DNA from: Callorhinchus milii
Lineage: Eukaryota
Assembly (NCBI RefSeq): GCF_018977255.1
Contig: NW_024705529.1
Location: 1-36,407, forward strand
DNA: 36,407 nucleotides
Direction of reading: 5' to 3'
Position 1 is the stretch's first letter. Each line of letters opens with the position of its first letter. The notes under the pieces were generated by a model. It saw only the letters and a program-made list of their open reading frames with translations. It was not told the origin of the DNA and did not search any database. Made by a program: the position numbers and the translations under genes. Positions 23,301 through 34,177 of the stretch are shown here, one piece after another.

Positions 23301-26300
23301 ATTGCAGCCTGCTCGATGAAGCTGAGTTCTCACACCAATGATGAGAACGCCGGATGATTGGGGCACTCCTGACTTAGCGGTCTGCGATGGGGACACTAAC
23401 ATAACCCGGTAAGTCACACAGTCGCTGTTGTTAATATATAGTATTCCGGTTTCTACTCCGGCATTATGCTCATGCATGACAACGCTTAGCAATGAGTAGA
23501 TTTCCTACAGTCATTTGCGAACAAACCCTCCCGCAATAGCTAATCCCCAACCTAATGGACTCGGGAGCGGTACGTTGTTTGGATTTTTCGATAATACCGC
23601 TAGTATCATTGATATGGTCTGTCCTGAGTGGCGGGATTAGGGGAACTAGAATAGAATTGGAACTGGTTTCCGTGCTTTCGGAGGGTTGAGACTAGTATGC
23701 ATCAGCGAGTGGGTAATGCACGACGCGCCTATCAGGCGTCATTAGTAACTCTACACGTCTACAATCGATTGGGTGTCTTCGCTACCTGGTATCTAGTCTG
23801 AAGCTGATCATACTACGCGTACGCTCTTTTTGAATCTCACCAAACTTAAAAAATCCCCTGTAGGATTGACAATATCCGCGGGTATAGCCCATAAGAATTA
23901 AGACGGCGTGCGAGAGTTTATACAGGTTATCCCCGCCAATGAGCGAGAAACGTCGAGGCATCAGAAGCCGTAAGCAAGTGTATGTCCTGCATGGGGCCAC
24001 TCCTCCATCCTTTTTTAGTGTCGCAATCATGTCTAAAAGTCCAGATGACTTAACGCAGATTAACTAGTGCCACGCATGGCTCGCACAATTTGCCTAGCGG
24101 GATTTGGACGCAGGATCTCGTTATCGCGCCCACCAAGCGTTATTTCCGGTAAATTATGGTCCACGAATAATCTGTGCTTATCACGATAGGCGAATGTCAC
24201 TGGGTCGCCCTGTGTTCAGCGGGAGGTTTCCTAGTATACGGAGTGGTCCCTATCGGGTCCGTGCTGGTCGCGCCGCGGGCGGTCATCTCACAGGGAACGG
24301 TCGTTATGAAGTCTCCGGGTCTTCAAGTGTTCAGGGTTAACGTTGTATATATGCGTGCCATAGCTCTAGACTTAGCTTTGGTAGACAAGAGCTAACGTAG
24401 TCTACGGGACTGAACCGATACTCTCCGTTGTCGCGATGGCAAAAGCCCAGTTAGACATAGGCTCGGGGAGGAGTCACGGGTGTCACGGCAATTCCAGTAA
24501 TGTCTCGGGCACCTGATCTGATCGGGAGTTAACGCGGCTCGTGTAGAAAAGAGCGCAATCATACGCCAGCGAGTGTCCGCCTCACCCGCATACGCTGAAA
24601 ACCATCTGAACTGCTTATGGAGTTCACTCCTTAAGCGGTGCCTTCCTTTTTTCAGGATGTGACTGCTGTTTCAACATCGCTGTACCCGTATGCTGCTCGG
24701 ATGCCTGTATTTAGTGTATATATGTGTATAACACCTGTTGCTCAAGCACTGTCGATTCTCATGATCGCCCGGACGAGAGGCCGAGAAACTCAAAGAGAGG
24801 AGAGTTGATAGACCGACCCCGTAGCACGCAAGATTTGATGGTGGCAACGCTTGCAAATGACACAAATCCAACTTTATTAGGCGACATAGCTCATATGTGG
24901 AAATTGTTGTAGAGGTGCACGAAAGCTGTCAGGGGCCACGCTCGCATGATCTACCACTAAGTGGGATCCGTCCGTATACTGTGAGAGCTTTGAGGTTGGT
25001 ACACAAAACCTTATATTAGCTATGAGTAACCGATCTGACAAAGACACGCGCTGAAAGCCTCCAACAATCAGCTACCCAACCACGGCTAAACAGTCGGCCT
25101 AAATGCGCTGGTTGCGGGGTAGTGAGAACCAATGACACCGGAGCACCAGTAAGAGCGTAAGTATAACCGCCCCAGGCGAATCGGTAAAATGGTAAGAGGG
25201 GAGGAGTCTTTTGCGTAAAGCACTCCTGACTCAGTGACGAGGTGGGCCGCCGTGACCTGTTTGGACGTATACCCGTTGCTGACAGTTACTTAATGCAATC
25301 GTATTACCTCGAACACCCCGCTAGCGAAGTTCCAGCTTCCCACATCTCGTTGCCGATCACCGCTGAGGAGCCCAGCCGTACTGATGAACCTCTAACCTGG
25401 CCTATATATCGGTGTCGCAAAACGCAGATAATGACTGAGACTCGACTAGCGTAGACATCGTGTAGGGACTAAGCGATCCAGCCATAGTAATGCAGGCAGA
25501 GATTCTCAGTTTGGAAACTACCTTCAGTGAGTTTCTTAAAAGAAAAAATGGGCGCGCGGGCTTGGACGGAAAAGTGGTTCATAATACGACGCAAATTTTG
25601 GGTGGGACACGTAGTCATTGTGAACTCATCGGGCTTCCGCCGGAAATGTCCGCCAGACAGTGGCGCTGTCACGAAAACCTCTTTAGGCAATGTAAATAAG
25701 GGACCTGACGGGGTTGGAATTAAGCGCAGATGGTTATCAACCTTAAGTTGTGGATAGAACTGATTTGGGCGAATTGCGGGAATGTCAGAGCACGCAATAC
25801 ACAAGGGTGCGCCTAGTTATTCAACCCCGCCGGGATGATCTAAAACAACTTCTACTAAATTTTGATAGTGAAAGTGATTCCAGTTAACTTTCGTCGAGAT
25901 CTGCCCGTTAAAATGAGAGACGTGTCAAGTAAATAAAGTAAATATAATGTCATAGATTACCGCGTTATTAATAACCACGTGATCCATTCGCATTGATGCT
26001 TCTCACAGAGACCTATTACATTCACCTCGATTCGCTTTCAGAGATGTATTAAATCAAGCAAACAATATTAACGTTCACAAATATATGTTATCCAAAAAAG
26101 ACGTTAATGCACTTATGTCATTTTGAAGCAACATCAGTTTAGAATCATAAACATCCGTCACGTAAAATTACCTACATTTTAATTGTCAGTTATACTTTTT
26201 AAAGGCACCAACATTCCCCGAAACGCTGTCCGAAAAACAATGTTAAGTTATAATTTGTGTTAATATGAAATATGTGATCATACGCAATAATTCACTATCG

Positions 26301-26340
26301 CAGTAGCAATAGAAGGAGCTTCAGGGTCTCGTGTCTGCAC

Positions 26341-26477
26341 CAGTGCCGTGAGACTGTCAAACACCCCGGGCTCAAGCTTCGTGATCTGATTGCTGAACAA
26401 ATACAGAGTCTGCGTGGTGGTGGAGATTCCCGCAGGCAGTCCACAGTTTACCCGTAGAACGAACAATGAGAGGGACA
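26341..26477 (-). pseudogene. VLRB: VLRB LRRNT-LRR1 cassette with damaged LRRNT and intact LRR1
   Basis: CPSHCSFYG*TVDC, internal deletion, then PAGISTTTQTLYLFSNQITKLEPGVFDSLTAL. Confidence 0.85.
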
Positions 26478-26730
26478 GGCGACGGTTTAGAGGCGGCTCA
26501 CCACGACCTCTCCTTGCACGCAAGCCGCGTCGTGCGTGGTTCAACATTTACACGAGTTACCTCTTCCTGAAGATTTCTGTTCAAATGTTTTCTCAAATCT
26601 TTTAAGAGTGCCTTGTTTAAATATATACGTTGCTAACAATGATCGATTTGGATGTGTTTTTTTATAGAGCTTTGCATTTCGGTCTGAAGTTCAATTATTG
26701 GAAAGCTACTGGATCATTATTTTATGTATA

Positions 26731-27192
26731 TGTAATGCGGGCGTAAACGGCCTCGCGGATATGACGTCACGGGGGAAGGGGTTAGGTCACGTGGGGGAGA
26801 GGGGTAAGCTCTTAAGGGCGGTAACCGGAAGAGACGAGGAGAGAGTGTGGGAATAAAGACAGAAGGAGGCCACGCAGGGCAGAGGGTGGAGAGTGGCGAG
26901 ATCGCCACGCGGTGAGACTCGGCACCGTCGGCCAGCGGTGTCCGGGCACGGGTGGAACGGAGAGCAGCGGTGGAGCTGCAGCGAGAGCAGCTGAAAGACT
27001 GCACACGGGCGGAGAGACTGAGAGGGAAGCCTGCAGCAGAGCTGCATCGGGAGTGGGGAAAGGCTACGGGAGCGACGGCAGCTGTCAAGCTGCCAAGCGG
27101 GAAGGCTCTGAGCGAGGGCCGTGTGGGACAAGTTGTAAGAATCCAAATAAAGGACAATGGAGACAGACACAGTGAAAGAGTCCTTTATTACA
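26731..27192 (+). mobile_element. 5' LTR of a Gypsy-like retrotransposon (462 bp)
   Basis: Termini TGTAAT...ATTACA, AATAAA near the 3' end, immediately followed by a PBS; interrupts the conserved cassette flank (compare 34570-34600). Confidence 0.85.
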
Positions 27193-27193
27193 C

Positions 27194-27207
27194 TGGTGTC
27201 AGAAGTG
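27194..27207 (+). promoter_or_regulatory. Primer-binding site complementary to the tRNA-Leu 3' end
   Basis: TGGTGTCAGAAGTG 1 nt after the LTR; complementary to ...CACUUCUGACACCA of vertebrate tRNA-Leu. Confidence 0.8.
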
Positions 27208-27214
27208 AAACGGC

Positions 27215-27995
27215 ATGTCAAAACAGCTCAGAAGAAAGAATATTCCTGCACCATCATCTGCTACATCATCCGACGACGACGACCTTCCTCAGGCGGTGGA
27301 CCTGCCTGCGATGGAGGAGGAGATCCATGCGGGAACGAGTACGGGTCCGGGAGTACAAGATGTCGCCGCGTCGGTGGATCCGTCCGTGCCGGAGGACGCG
27401 GACTTACGATGGAGACAGATGGCGGCGCAGCTGGAGACCTTGAAAATCGTGCTGGCGCAACTGTGCGAGCTCGTCACGCCGAGGACGGCGTCGGGGAGGC
27501 CCGGTGGTGATTCACAGGCCTCCGCCTTGCCTGCGCTGTCAGTGCCATCTGCTACGTGGCACGAAGACGCCATCTTGGGCGTGGCAGGGTAAGAACGGCG
27601 GGAAGCCGCCATCTTGCGCTCTCCGCGGCGAGGGGCCGCCATCTTGGACACGTTGCGATGCGACGCCATTTTGAATATGCCGCGTGATGAGTCACCTGCT
27701 GAGGACGGCGCAGCAAGGAGTCGCAGTCGTCATCTGACAACCGTTAAAGAATTCTCCATCGGTGGCGAATGGAGTGCTTTCGCCTGCAGATTTTTGGCGG
27801 CGGTGCGCTCCGCCAGGTGGACTGACTCAGAGGCACTGGAGGTTCTACCAACTGTTCTCGACGACGAGTCAGTGCGATTCTTCCGTTCTATAAAGGCCGA
27901 GAAAAAGAAAACGTTGGGAAGAGTTTTCGACGAGATGGCGGATGCATATGAGCCGCCGGATGATGCTCACCGCCGGTTTGTTCAACGCCAGCGAG
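27215..27995 (+). pseudogene. gag: Retrotransposon gag, one in-frame stop (27590-27592), 3'-truncated
   Basis: ORFs 27215-27592 and 27614-28189 share a frame; coiled-coil-like segment then a capsid-like KEFSIGGEWSAFACRF...WTDSEALEVLPTVLDD; no pol or 3' LTR seen. Confidence 0.7.
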
Positions 27996-28056
27996 AAATA
28001 GAACAGGTTGTGATAAGAACGCAGGTGGCCAGACATCAAACATCCGAAGAGCAAAG

Positions 28057-28182
28057 CATTGTAGCAAGAGACTACATTGTGGCAAGAGACGACATTGTAG
28101 CAAGAGACGACATTCTAGCAAGAGACGACACTGTAGCAACAGATGACATTGTAGCAAGAGACGAAATTATAGCAAGAGACGA
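28057..28182 (+). repeat. 18-bp minisatellite, 7 units (CATTGTAGCAAGAGACGA)
   Basis: Directly visible tandem units; translates as (IVARDD)n in the gag frame. Confidence 0.95.
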
Positions 28183-28635
28183 CACGTAGGAGCTATTGAA
28201 GGGCGGACAGAGAGATTGAAACAGGGGAGTGTCGCCGACAGTTGGGGCACTTGCCTGGGACGAAGATGAGTTGTTGGATATGCTAGAGCAGTCCTCGACG
28301 GAGAGATGTGAACATCTACACATACGAAAATAAAGATCGTGCCTCAATCTTCATGAACATCTCGTCGGAGCTTCTTTACAAATGTACAGAAACAGAATAG
28401 ACATAAACTGAAGGTTCTGAATATTGTATGGTACCTGAATGTTGATCAAATACTTGAGGATACCTGCATATTGAAAACTATATTTAAAAAATATCTTGAA
28501 AAAATAACAATGCAAGTAATAACCCACGATCATAATTCACACACAAATAACTGCGAAGTAAATTCATCTAATTTGCTTGACAATTTAAGTGTTGGAGCAG
28601 GCGAAGTCTGTGCAGGAGCCGCGCGGAGCCGCACG

Positions 28636-28787
28636 CCCTCACAGTCTTGGTGCTACGTGGGTTCTGGATTCCAAATAACGGACTGTGACGCCAAAGGACT
28701 GAGTTCAGTTCCCTCTGGGATCACTGACAACACCCAGATCCTGAATTTGAAAAACAATCGCATAGAGAGACTCCCCGAGGGGTGTTT
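28636..28787 (+). other. VLRB: VLRB LRRNT-LRR1 cassette of a second family (long N-cap)
   Basis: PSQSWCYVGSGFQITDCDAKGLSSVPSGITDNTQILNLKNNRIERLPEG, then a 1-nt deletion before VF; Cys>Ser at the 5' edge. Confidence 0.85.
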
Positions 28788-30643
28788 GGCCCAGTGTGGT
28801 CTCATCCCCTCGCTTCATTGAGAACTTGATCCCCGTGTTGCATGTTGCGGATAAATAAAGGACGCTTTATTTCAAAAGGAAATTGCTTGATGTTTCCGAT
28901 AGCCTTGTGATATCGTTTGCACGTGAACTCGACTGATGTTTTATATAAACAGAGATTGTGCCTTCACAATTAATGATGAGACAGGACTTGCTTTAATGTG
29001 GTAAATCATTATGAAGATTGGAATGACTTCGAAGACTAAATTCGCGAACCGATTCATAAATGCCATCGCTCACGATATACGCTTGGATGTGCGTGTAACG
29101 AATCTGTTGTCGTGGTCGATAAAATACAAACTATCTTGTGGGGAAGTCAACAGTGGTTGTCCTTTGGAGAGACTCGCACCCGGTAGAGGAATGTGGAATT
29201 TCCACCACTCACTCTGGCTCTACGCTTGGCTGTACACATTAGCACCAACGCCTCAATGCTCATTTGAGCAGGAGATAATTTTGACTCAAAAGGCAACGCA
29301 TTTGGCTCGAACAATAACAAATGGTGGTGGTGCATACTGACGGTACCGCCATATTTATGCCTCGCCTGTTCCGACATCCGCACGACAAAGTCTACCCATG
29401 TGAGCAGTGGAAAACATCAGCCTTTCTCAATCAACTGCTGGATGAAGACCTCTCCACACCTTTTCGTAATGGGGCATTCATGAGCATACTTCATCCTGTT
29501 GGCACTGCATGCTTCTGAATGCGAGTGGGGAGCGCATCTGCATCGGAGCGGAGCAGTGCAGCACGAGGGGGGGTGGTGGGTGGGTTTGGGGGTTCTGCTG
29601 CACTACGCTCTGCTGCGACCCGCGTGGCCGCGCTGCAGCCTCCACCTTGGGTTGCGCGTCGTGGTCGCCCACACGAGGTGCTCTCAAGGTTCAAAGCACT
29701 GCTGAGATGCCGAGAGCGGGCGCATTCCGGGCGATTAGGGATCAAGCTCTCGATTGGTGCCTTGACCGTGAGGTCACACGGATTCAAAACCATGGCCATT
29801 ATCATCACCATCACAATCCTTACTCGCCAACGCCAAGAGCAGGTCTGGTGCGATGAACGCAGGAACTACAATGATAGTTGAAATTCCCTTTCGGTGTCAT
29901 TGCGCACTGCGAGTCGCATCGCCTGTCTCGAGTGATCTGCCTATAGGCCACGCGGTATCGTGTCACTGTTACATCTCTGTACGCGTTTTAATATAATCAT
30001 CAGCAGCTGTAGCCACGATCATTCCACTGCTAGATGAAGCCTTCCCCAAGCGGTCAGTATCCGTATAGTACATATGTCTATATGGGCATGTCTACATTCA
30101 TATGAATGTGTCAATATTTACATGAGAGAGCTGCTTCTGATCGCTAACAGAAGCTGCTGCGTCCCTCTTGGACATCAGATGTTTCTCTATCGATATCTCA
30201 CTGCTCATGGGAGTTTGTTTGCTACCTATTGGGAGACTGGGTTCATGCGGCAACTTCAGATTCTTCAAGGCGGCTATTGTGGGTCGCGGGCTTCAACCAA
30301 ACATCAATCAAACTGCCCTCTCTTTCTGCTCTGAAGAAAGGCCATTGCACGAAACGTTAGCATATAATTTATGTTATATAACATCGAATTAAACCAACCA
30401 TCGTATACGCATTATGTGGAAATATATCGCTGACTGTAAACACGCCATGGAAGACCCGAAGCATCACAAACTCGTGCTGTGACGGTGAGCGAATGATGAG
30501 CGGTGTCGTGTTTTAATTTGTAATTTCATACGCAAGAATGAAATATAAATAATCTCCAAGTGATGTATGTCTGACGAACGCGTCGGGTTCATCATTAGTC
30601 GCTGTCGCTCGGCCTCTGTGATTGGTGTGATTCGACTCCAGCC

Positions 30644-30715
30644 ATCTTTCTGTACAACAACCCATGGGACTGCGCCTGTTCACACGGCCTGCGTCTCAGC
30701 CGGTGAGTGGCTCAA
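30644..30715 (+). pseudogene. VLRB: VLR connecting peptide-5'LRRCT cassette (W>stop near 3' edge)
   Basis: IFLYNNPWDCACSHGLRLSR*VAQ versus VLRB consensus IxLxNNPWDCACSDILYLSRW. Confidence 0.85.
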
Positions 30716-30946
30716 GCCGAACTCGGGCAGTACCGCGACGAGTTTGTGATGTTCGTGAGACCCAAACGAACCAATAGCTCTTGTGTTAGTGATGCCGGGC
30801 ATGTAAATATTAATATATTGTAATTCATTTCTATATATAAGGATATCGCGTTATTAATTACCACCTCATCCATTCGTTTTGATGCCTCTCGCCGAGACCT
30901 CTTCCATTTGAATACCTCAGTTCGCTTTAATAGAGATGTATTAACT

Positions 30947-33911
30947 AAATTAAACTCTATTCAGGTTCACAAAGATTCCAAAGAACACAGGATGAGATGT
31001 TACTATCCTTTGTGCAAGCACTTCCAAGAGTTCATGAACAGTGAGCCTGGTGAAATTTGGGGAGCGCATCGTCAGTAGTGACCCTTTGGTTCCTAGGGTG
31101 TTTCGGCCTTTCATACTATACACCCTCCCCAAAGGCGGCCAGCGACAGGGTGATCAATCCTACGCTTGCGTCCCATTCCCAATTAGTCATAGGAGTTGCC
31201 TTGTTGGTAGCCAACATCCCATGGGACTATGCATGGCAGGGGCGTCCTCCTCCCTGAGTCAAGCATTGTTGACTGCATACCTCCTGGCCCTCTCACTTTG
31301 GGGCCCAGCTGGGGTCTTTCCTCTTCATCCAGAGCCACTGACTGCTGCCTTCTGCCGCCTCCGATACAGCTTTGATTGCCGAACGCTGGCTCTGGCCCTT
31401 AATTCCCAGGTCTCTAAGCAGTCTGGTTGTAGATGTTGCCACAAAACCTCTGCAGCCCACCTCCACTGGTCGGACTTCTGTGTTCCAGCCATGATGCCGT
31501 GCTTCGGCAGCTAGATCGGCATAGCGCAGATGTTTTCGCTCATAAGCCTCATCTACTGAGTCCTCCCAGGGTACTGTGAGCTCAATGATGAAGACCTTCT
31601 TGAGCGAACGGGACCAGAGCACCATGTCAGGTCTTAGGGTGGTGGTTGCGATCTCCGGAGGAAACACAAGTTGCCGGCCAATGTCAGCTAGCATTTTCCA
31701 GTCGCGGGCCAAGCGCAGCTGGTCTCGCTCTATTGGTGTAGAGCCGCTCTTCGGTGGTTTAGCCCCTTCGCGGACAAAGGTCGTCCGTAAGGGGTGTGAT
31801 GCTGCTGGGGGTGGTAGGGAGTTGGTGGCAGCTCGCTTGTCCTCCAGGGCGGACGCAAGGTTTTTAAGGACTTGGTTGTGACGCCAAGTGTAGCGTCCTT
31901 GGGTGAGGCTTGTTTTACACCCTGTGAGAATGTGCCTGAGGTTGGCTGGCATGGAACAGAGGGCACAGTCCGGATCTTCACCATACCATTGGTGAAGATT
32001 AACTGGTGTTGGAAGGATGTCATATGTTGCTCTGATGGAAAAGCTCAACCGCCTCGCTTCCATGGCCCACAGATCCTTCCAGCTGATCTTCCTCTTCTCC
32101 ACACTGTCCCATCGAGTCCACTGTCCTTGTTTGGCAAGAGAGACTGCCTTGGCCCACCTTGCAGCCTCCTCCTGATGGCGTACTTCCTGCACTACCATCT
32201 TCCGCCGCTCTGGTGCAGTGGCCTTACTCCAAGCAGCACGGCTAGTTAGCCCAAGGCCTCCTCTCCCTTGCTGAACATGACCCACAATGTCAGCATGTCT
32301 GAGGGCTGCTGTTGCCTCCTGGACTGCTTTTCCTGGCCTCCATTTGCGCCCAGTTGCCAAGGTCGGCGCGTTGTTGCTCACCACTGGGTCTCGAGATTCA
32401 TTCAGTGTCATCTGGAGCCTGGTTTTTGCACACTTGAATTCCTCGGTTAGACTGGTGAGGGGCAGCTTGAGGACACCATCTCCATAGAGGCCTATGGTGG
32501 TAAGGCATCGTGGAACTCCGAGCCACTTCTTTAAGTAGCTCGTGGCTCCTCTTTCCATCTTCTCCACTGTTGAGATTGGAACCTCATACACTGCTAGGGG
32601 CCACAACACCCGGGGTAGGAGACCAAACTGCAGACACCAGGCCTTTAACTTTCCAGGTAGCTGGGTGTTGTCGATGGACTGTAGGCTACTACTGATGTCT
32701 TTGCGCAGCTGTTGCACCTGGTCTTTGTCCTTCAGGCTTGCATCATACCACCTTCCAAGGCTTTTTACCGGCTGCTCAGACACTGTTGGGATTTGGTCAT
32801 CTCCGATGAAGAATTTCAGGTCACAGAGTACTCCCTTCACAATCGAGATGCTGCGTGACTTGGATGGTTTAATCTTCATACGGGCCCAGCTGATGTTCTC
32901 CTCGAGTTTTCTGAGCAGTCTCCTGGTGCATGGGACAGTGGTGGTCAATGTTGTAATGTCGTCCATGTAGGCTCTGAGTGGAGGGAGGCGAAAACCAGAG
33001 TCGACTCGCTGTCCACCAGCAACCCATTTTGAGGATCTGATGATAACCTCCATTGCCATTATGAATGCCAATGGAGAAATGGTACATCCCGCCATTATAC
33101 CTACATTCAGGCATTGCCATGAGGTGGTGAACTCTGAGGTGGTGAAGCAGAACTGCAGATCCTGAAAGTACGACTTCACCAGGGTTGTGATGGTGTCCGG
33201 TATGTGGAAAAATCTGAAGGCAGACCACAGGAGTTCATGGGGCACAGAGCCAAATGCATTGGCGAGGTCGAGGAAGACTACATGGAGGTCCCTTTTCTCC
33301 ACCTTGGCCATTTGGATCTGGTGCCAGATCATGCTGGAATGTTCCAAGCAGCCAGAGAACCCTGATATTCCTGCCTTCTGTACAGATGTATCGACGTACG
33401 CATTCCTTTGCAGGTACTCGGCCATCCTCTGGGCAATGATCCTAAAGAAGATTTTACCCTCGACATTCAGTAAGGAGATTGGGCGGAATTGGCTGATGTT
33501 CACTGCATCCTTCTCCTTAGGGATCAGGACCCCGCCTGCCCTACGCCACACTTTGGGTATTATCTTCTTTTGCCAAGCTGTTCTCATAAGCCTCCAGAGG
33601 AACCTCAGGACGTCTGGTGCGTTCTTATACACTTTGTACGGGACTCCATTTGGCCCCGGGGCTGATGCTGTTCTTGCCCTTCGAACTGTGTTTTCCACCT
33701 CTTTCCATGTCGGAGGGCTGGTCTCAATATGATGTTCCGGGGGTTCAATGGGTGGGATATCTGATGGGATGGCCAGATGTTCATGTCGCTTTGAGTCAAA
33801 GTTTGTTGTTCTCAGGTGCTCTTCTAGGTCTTTCTTTGTTGTTTTTAGAACTCCACTTTTTTCCTTCGTGAAGAGACTTTTAAGGAACTTGAAGGGATCT
33901 TTATAGAATCG
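30947..33911 (-). mobile_element. 5'-truncated non-LTR retrotransposon of RLE type (Hero/NeSL-like)
   Basis: RT plus restriction-like endonuclease ORF and ~350-bp 3' UTR; interrupts the conserved cassette flank (gagatgtattaact | atatgttatc, compare 26040-26095). Confidence 0.88.
31293..33911 (-). CDS. Reverse transcriptase - CCHC zinc knuckle - restriction-like endonuclease (N-terminally truncated, uninterrupted)
   Basis: APGPNG, FRPISL, DLANAFGSV, GIMAGC.ISP, YMDD; CALC..LRHILTGC; RHNQVL; RPD..IIELTVPWE; the first ~12 residues of the 884-aa ORF come from flanking DNA. Confidence 0.92.
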   Translation of the reverse strand, partial: RFYKDPFKFLKSLFTKEKSGVLKTTKKDLEEHLRTTNFDSKRHEHLAIPSDIPPIEPPEHHIETSPPTWKEVENTVRRARTASAPGPNGVPYKVYKNAPDVLRFLWRLMRTAWQKKIIPKVWRRAGGVLIPKEKDAVNISQFRPISLLNVEGKIFFRIIAQRMAEYLQRNAYVDTSVQKAGISGFSGCLEHSSMIWHQIQMAKVEKRDLHVVFLDLANAFGSVPHELLWSAFRFFHIPDTITTLVKSYFQDLQFCFTTSEFTTSWQCLNVGIMAGCTISPLAFIMAMEVIIRSSKWVAGGQRVDSGFRLPPLRAYMDDITTLTTTVPCTRRLLRKLEENISWARMKIKPSKSRSISIVKGVLCDLKFFIGDDQIPTVSEQPVKSLGRWYDASLKDKDQVQQLRKDISSSLQSIDNTQLPGKLKAWCLQFGLLPRVLWPLAVYEVPISTVEKMERGATSYLKKWLGVPRCLTTIGLYGDGVLKLPLTSLTEEFKCAKTRLQMTLNESRDPVVSNNAPTLATGRKWRPGKAVQEATAALRHADIVGHVQQGRGGLGLTSRAAWSKATAPERRKMVVQEVRHQEEAARWAKAVSLAKQGQWTRWDSVEKRKISWKDLWAMEARRLSFSIRATYDILPTPVNLHQWYGEDPDCALCSMPANLRHILTGCKTSLTQGRYTWRHNQVLKNLASALEDKRAATNSLPPPAASHPLRTTFVREGAKPPKSGSTPIERDQLRLARDWKMLADIGRQLVFPPEIATTTLRPDMVLWSRSLKKVFIIELTVPWEDSVDEAYERKHLRYADLAAEARHHGWNTEVRPVEVGCRGFVATSTTRLLRDLGIKGQSQRSAIKAVSEAAEGSSQWLWMKRKDPSWAPK

Positions 33912-34177
33912 AGATATGTTATCGAAAGAAAACACTTTAATGCACATCTGTTATTTGAAGTGTTATTTGTTTACAATTATAAACATGTCAGGTCAAGTAA
34001 CATCAATTTAAATGGTCACAGCTATACTTTTTTAAGACACGAATATTTCCCTTAACGATGTGCGAATTTTTTTCATCTCACATTTTGTCTAAATATTAAA
34101 TATGCATTTGTGATCATACGCAATGATTCACTACCGCAGTGGCAATAGCGGGGTGCCTCAGAATCCCGTGTCTCCAA

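Noticed and set aside
21871..24638. 14-bp repeat CACTCCTTAAGCGG at 21871 and 24625 (and a 13-bp match near 17391/20877)
   Set aside because: About one such match is expected by chance in 14.6 kb; no periodicity, so not a CRISPR-like or att-type pattern
11318..25910. Dozens of 60-113 aa ORFs as a possible novel gene cluster or viral insert
   Set aside because: Lengths are what random sequence gives, many use non-ATG starts, with no motifs, strand bias or operon-like packing
29364..29425. ACSDI-coding stretch resembling VLRB LRRCT
   Set aside because: Only five codons match, with no NPWDC upstream or in-frame continuation
31576..33871. Plus-strand ORFs up to 181 aa
   Set aside because: Antisense shadows of the RT ORF
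33912..33947. Start codon of the 884-aa ORF
   Set aside because: Lies in cassette-flank DNA outside the truncated element; not the native start
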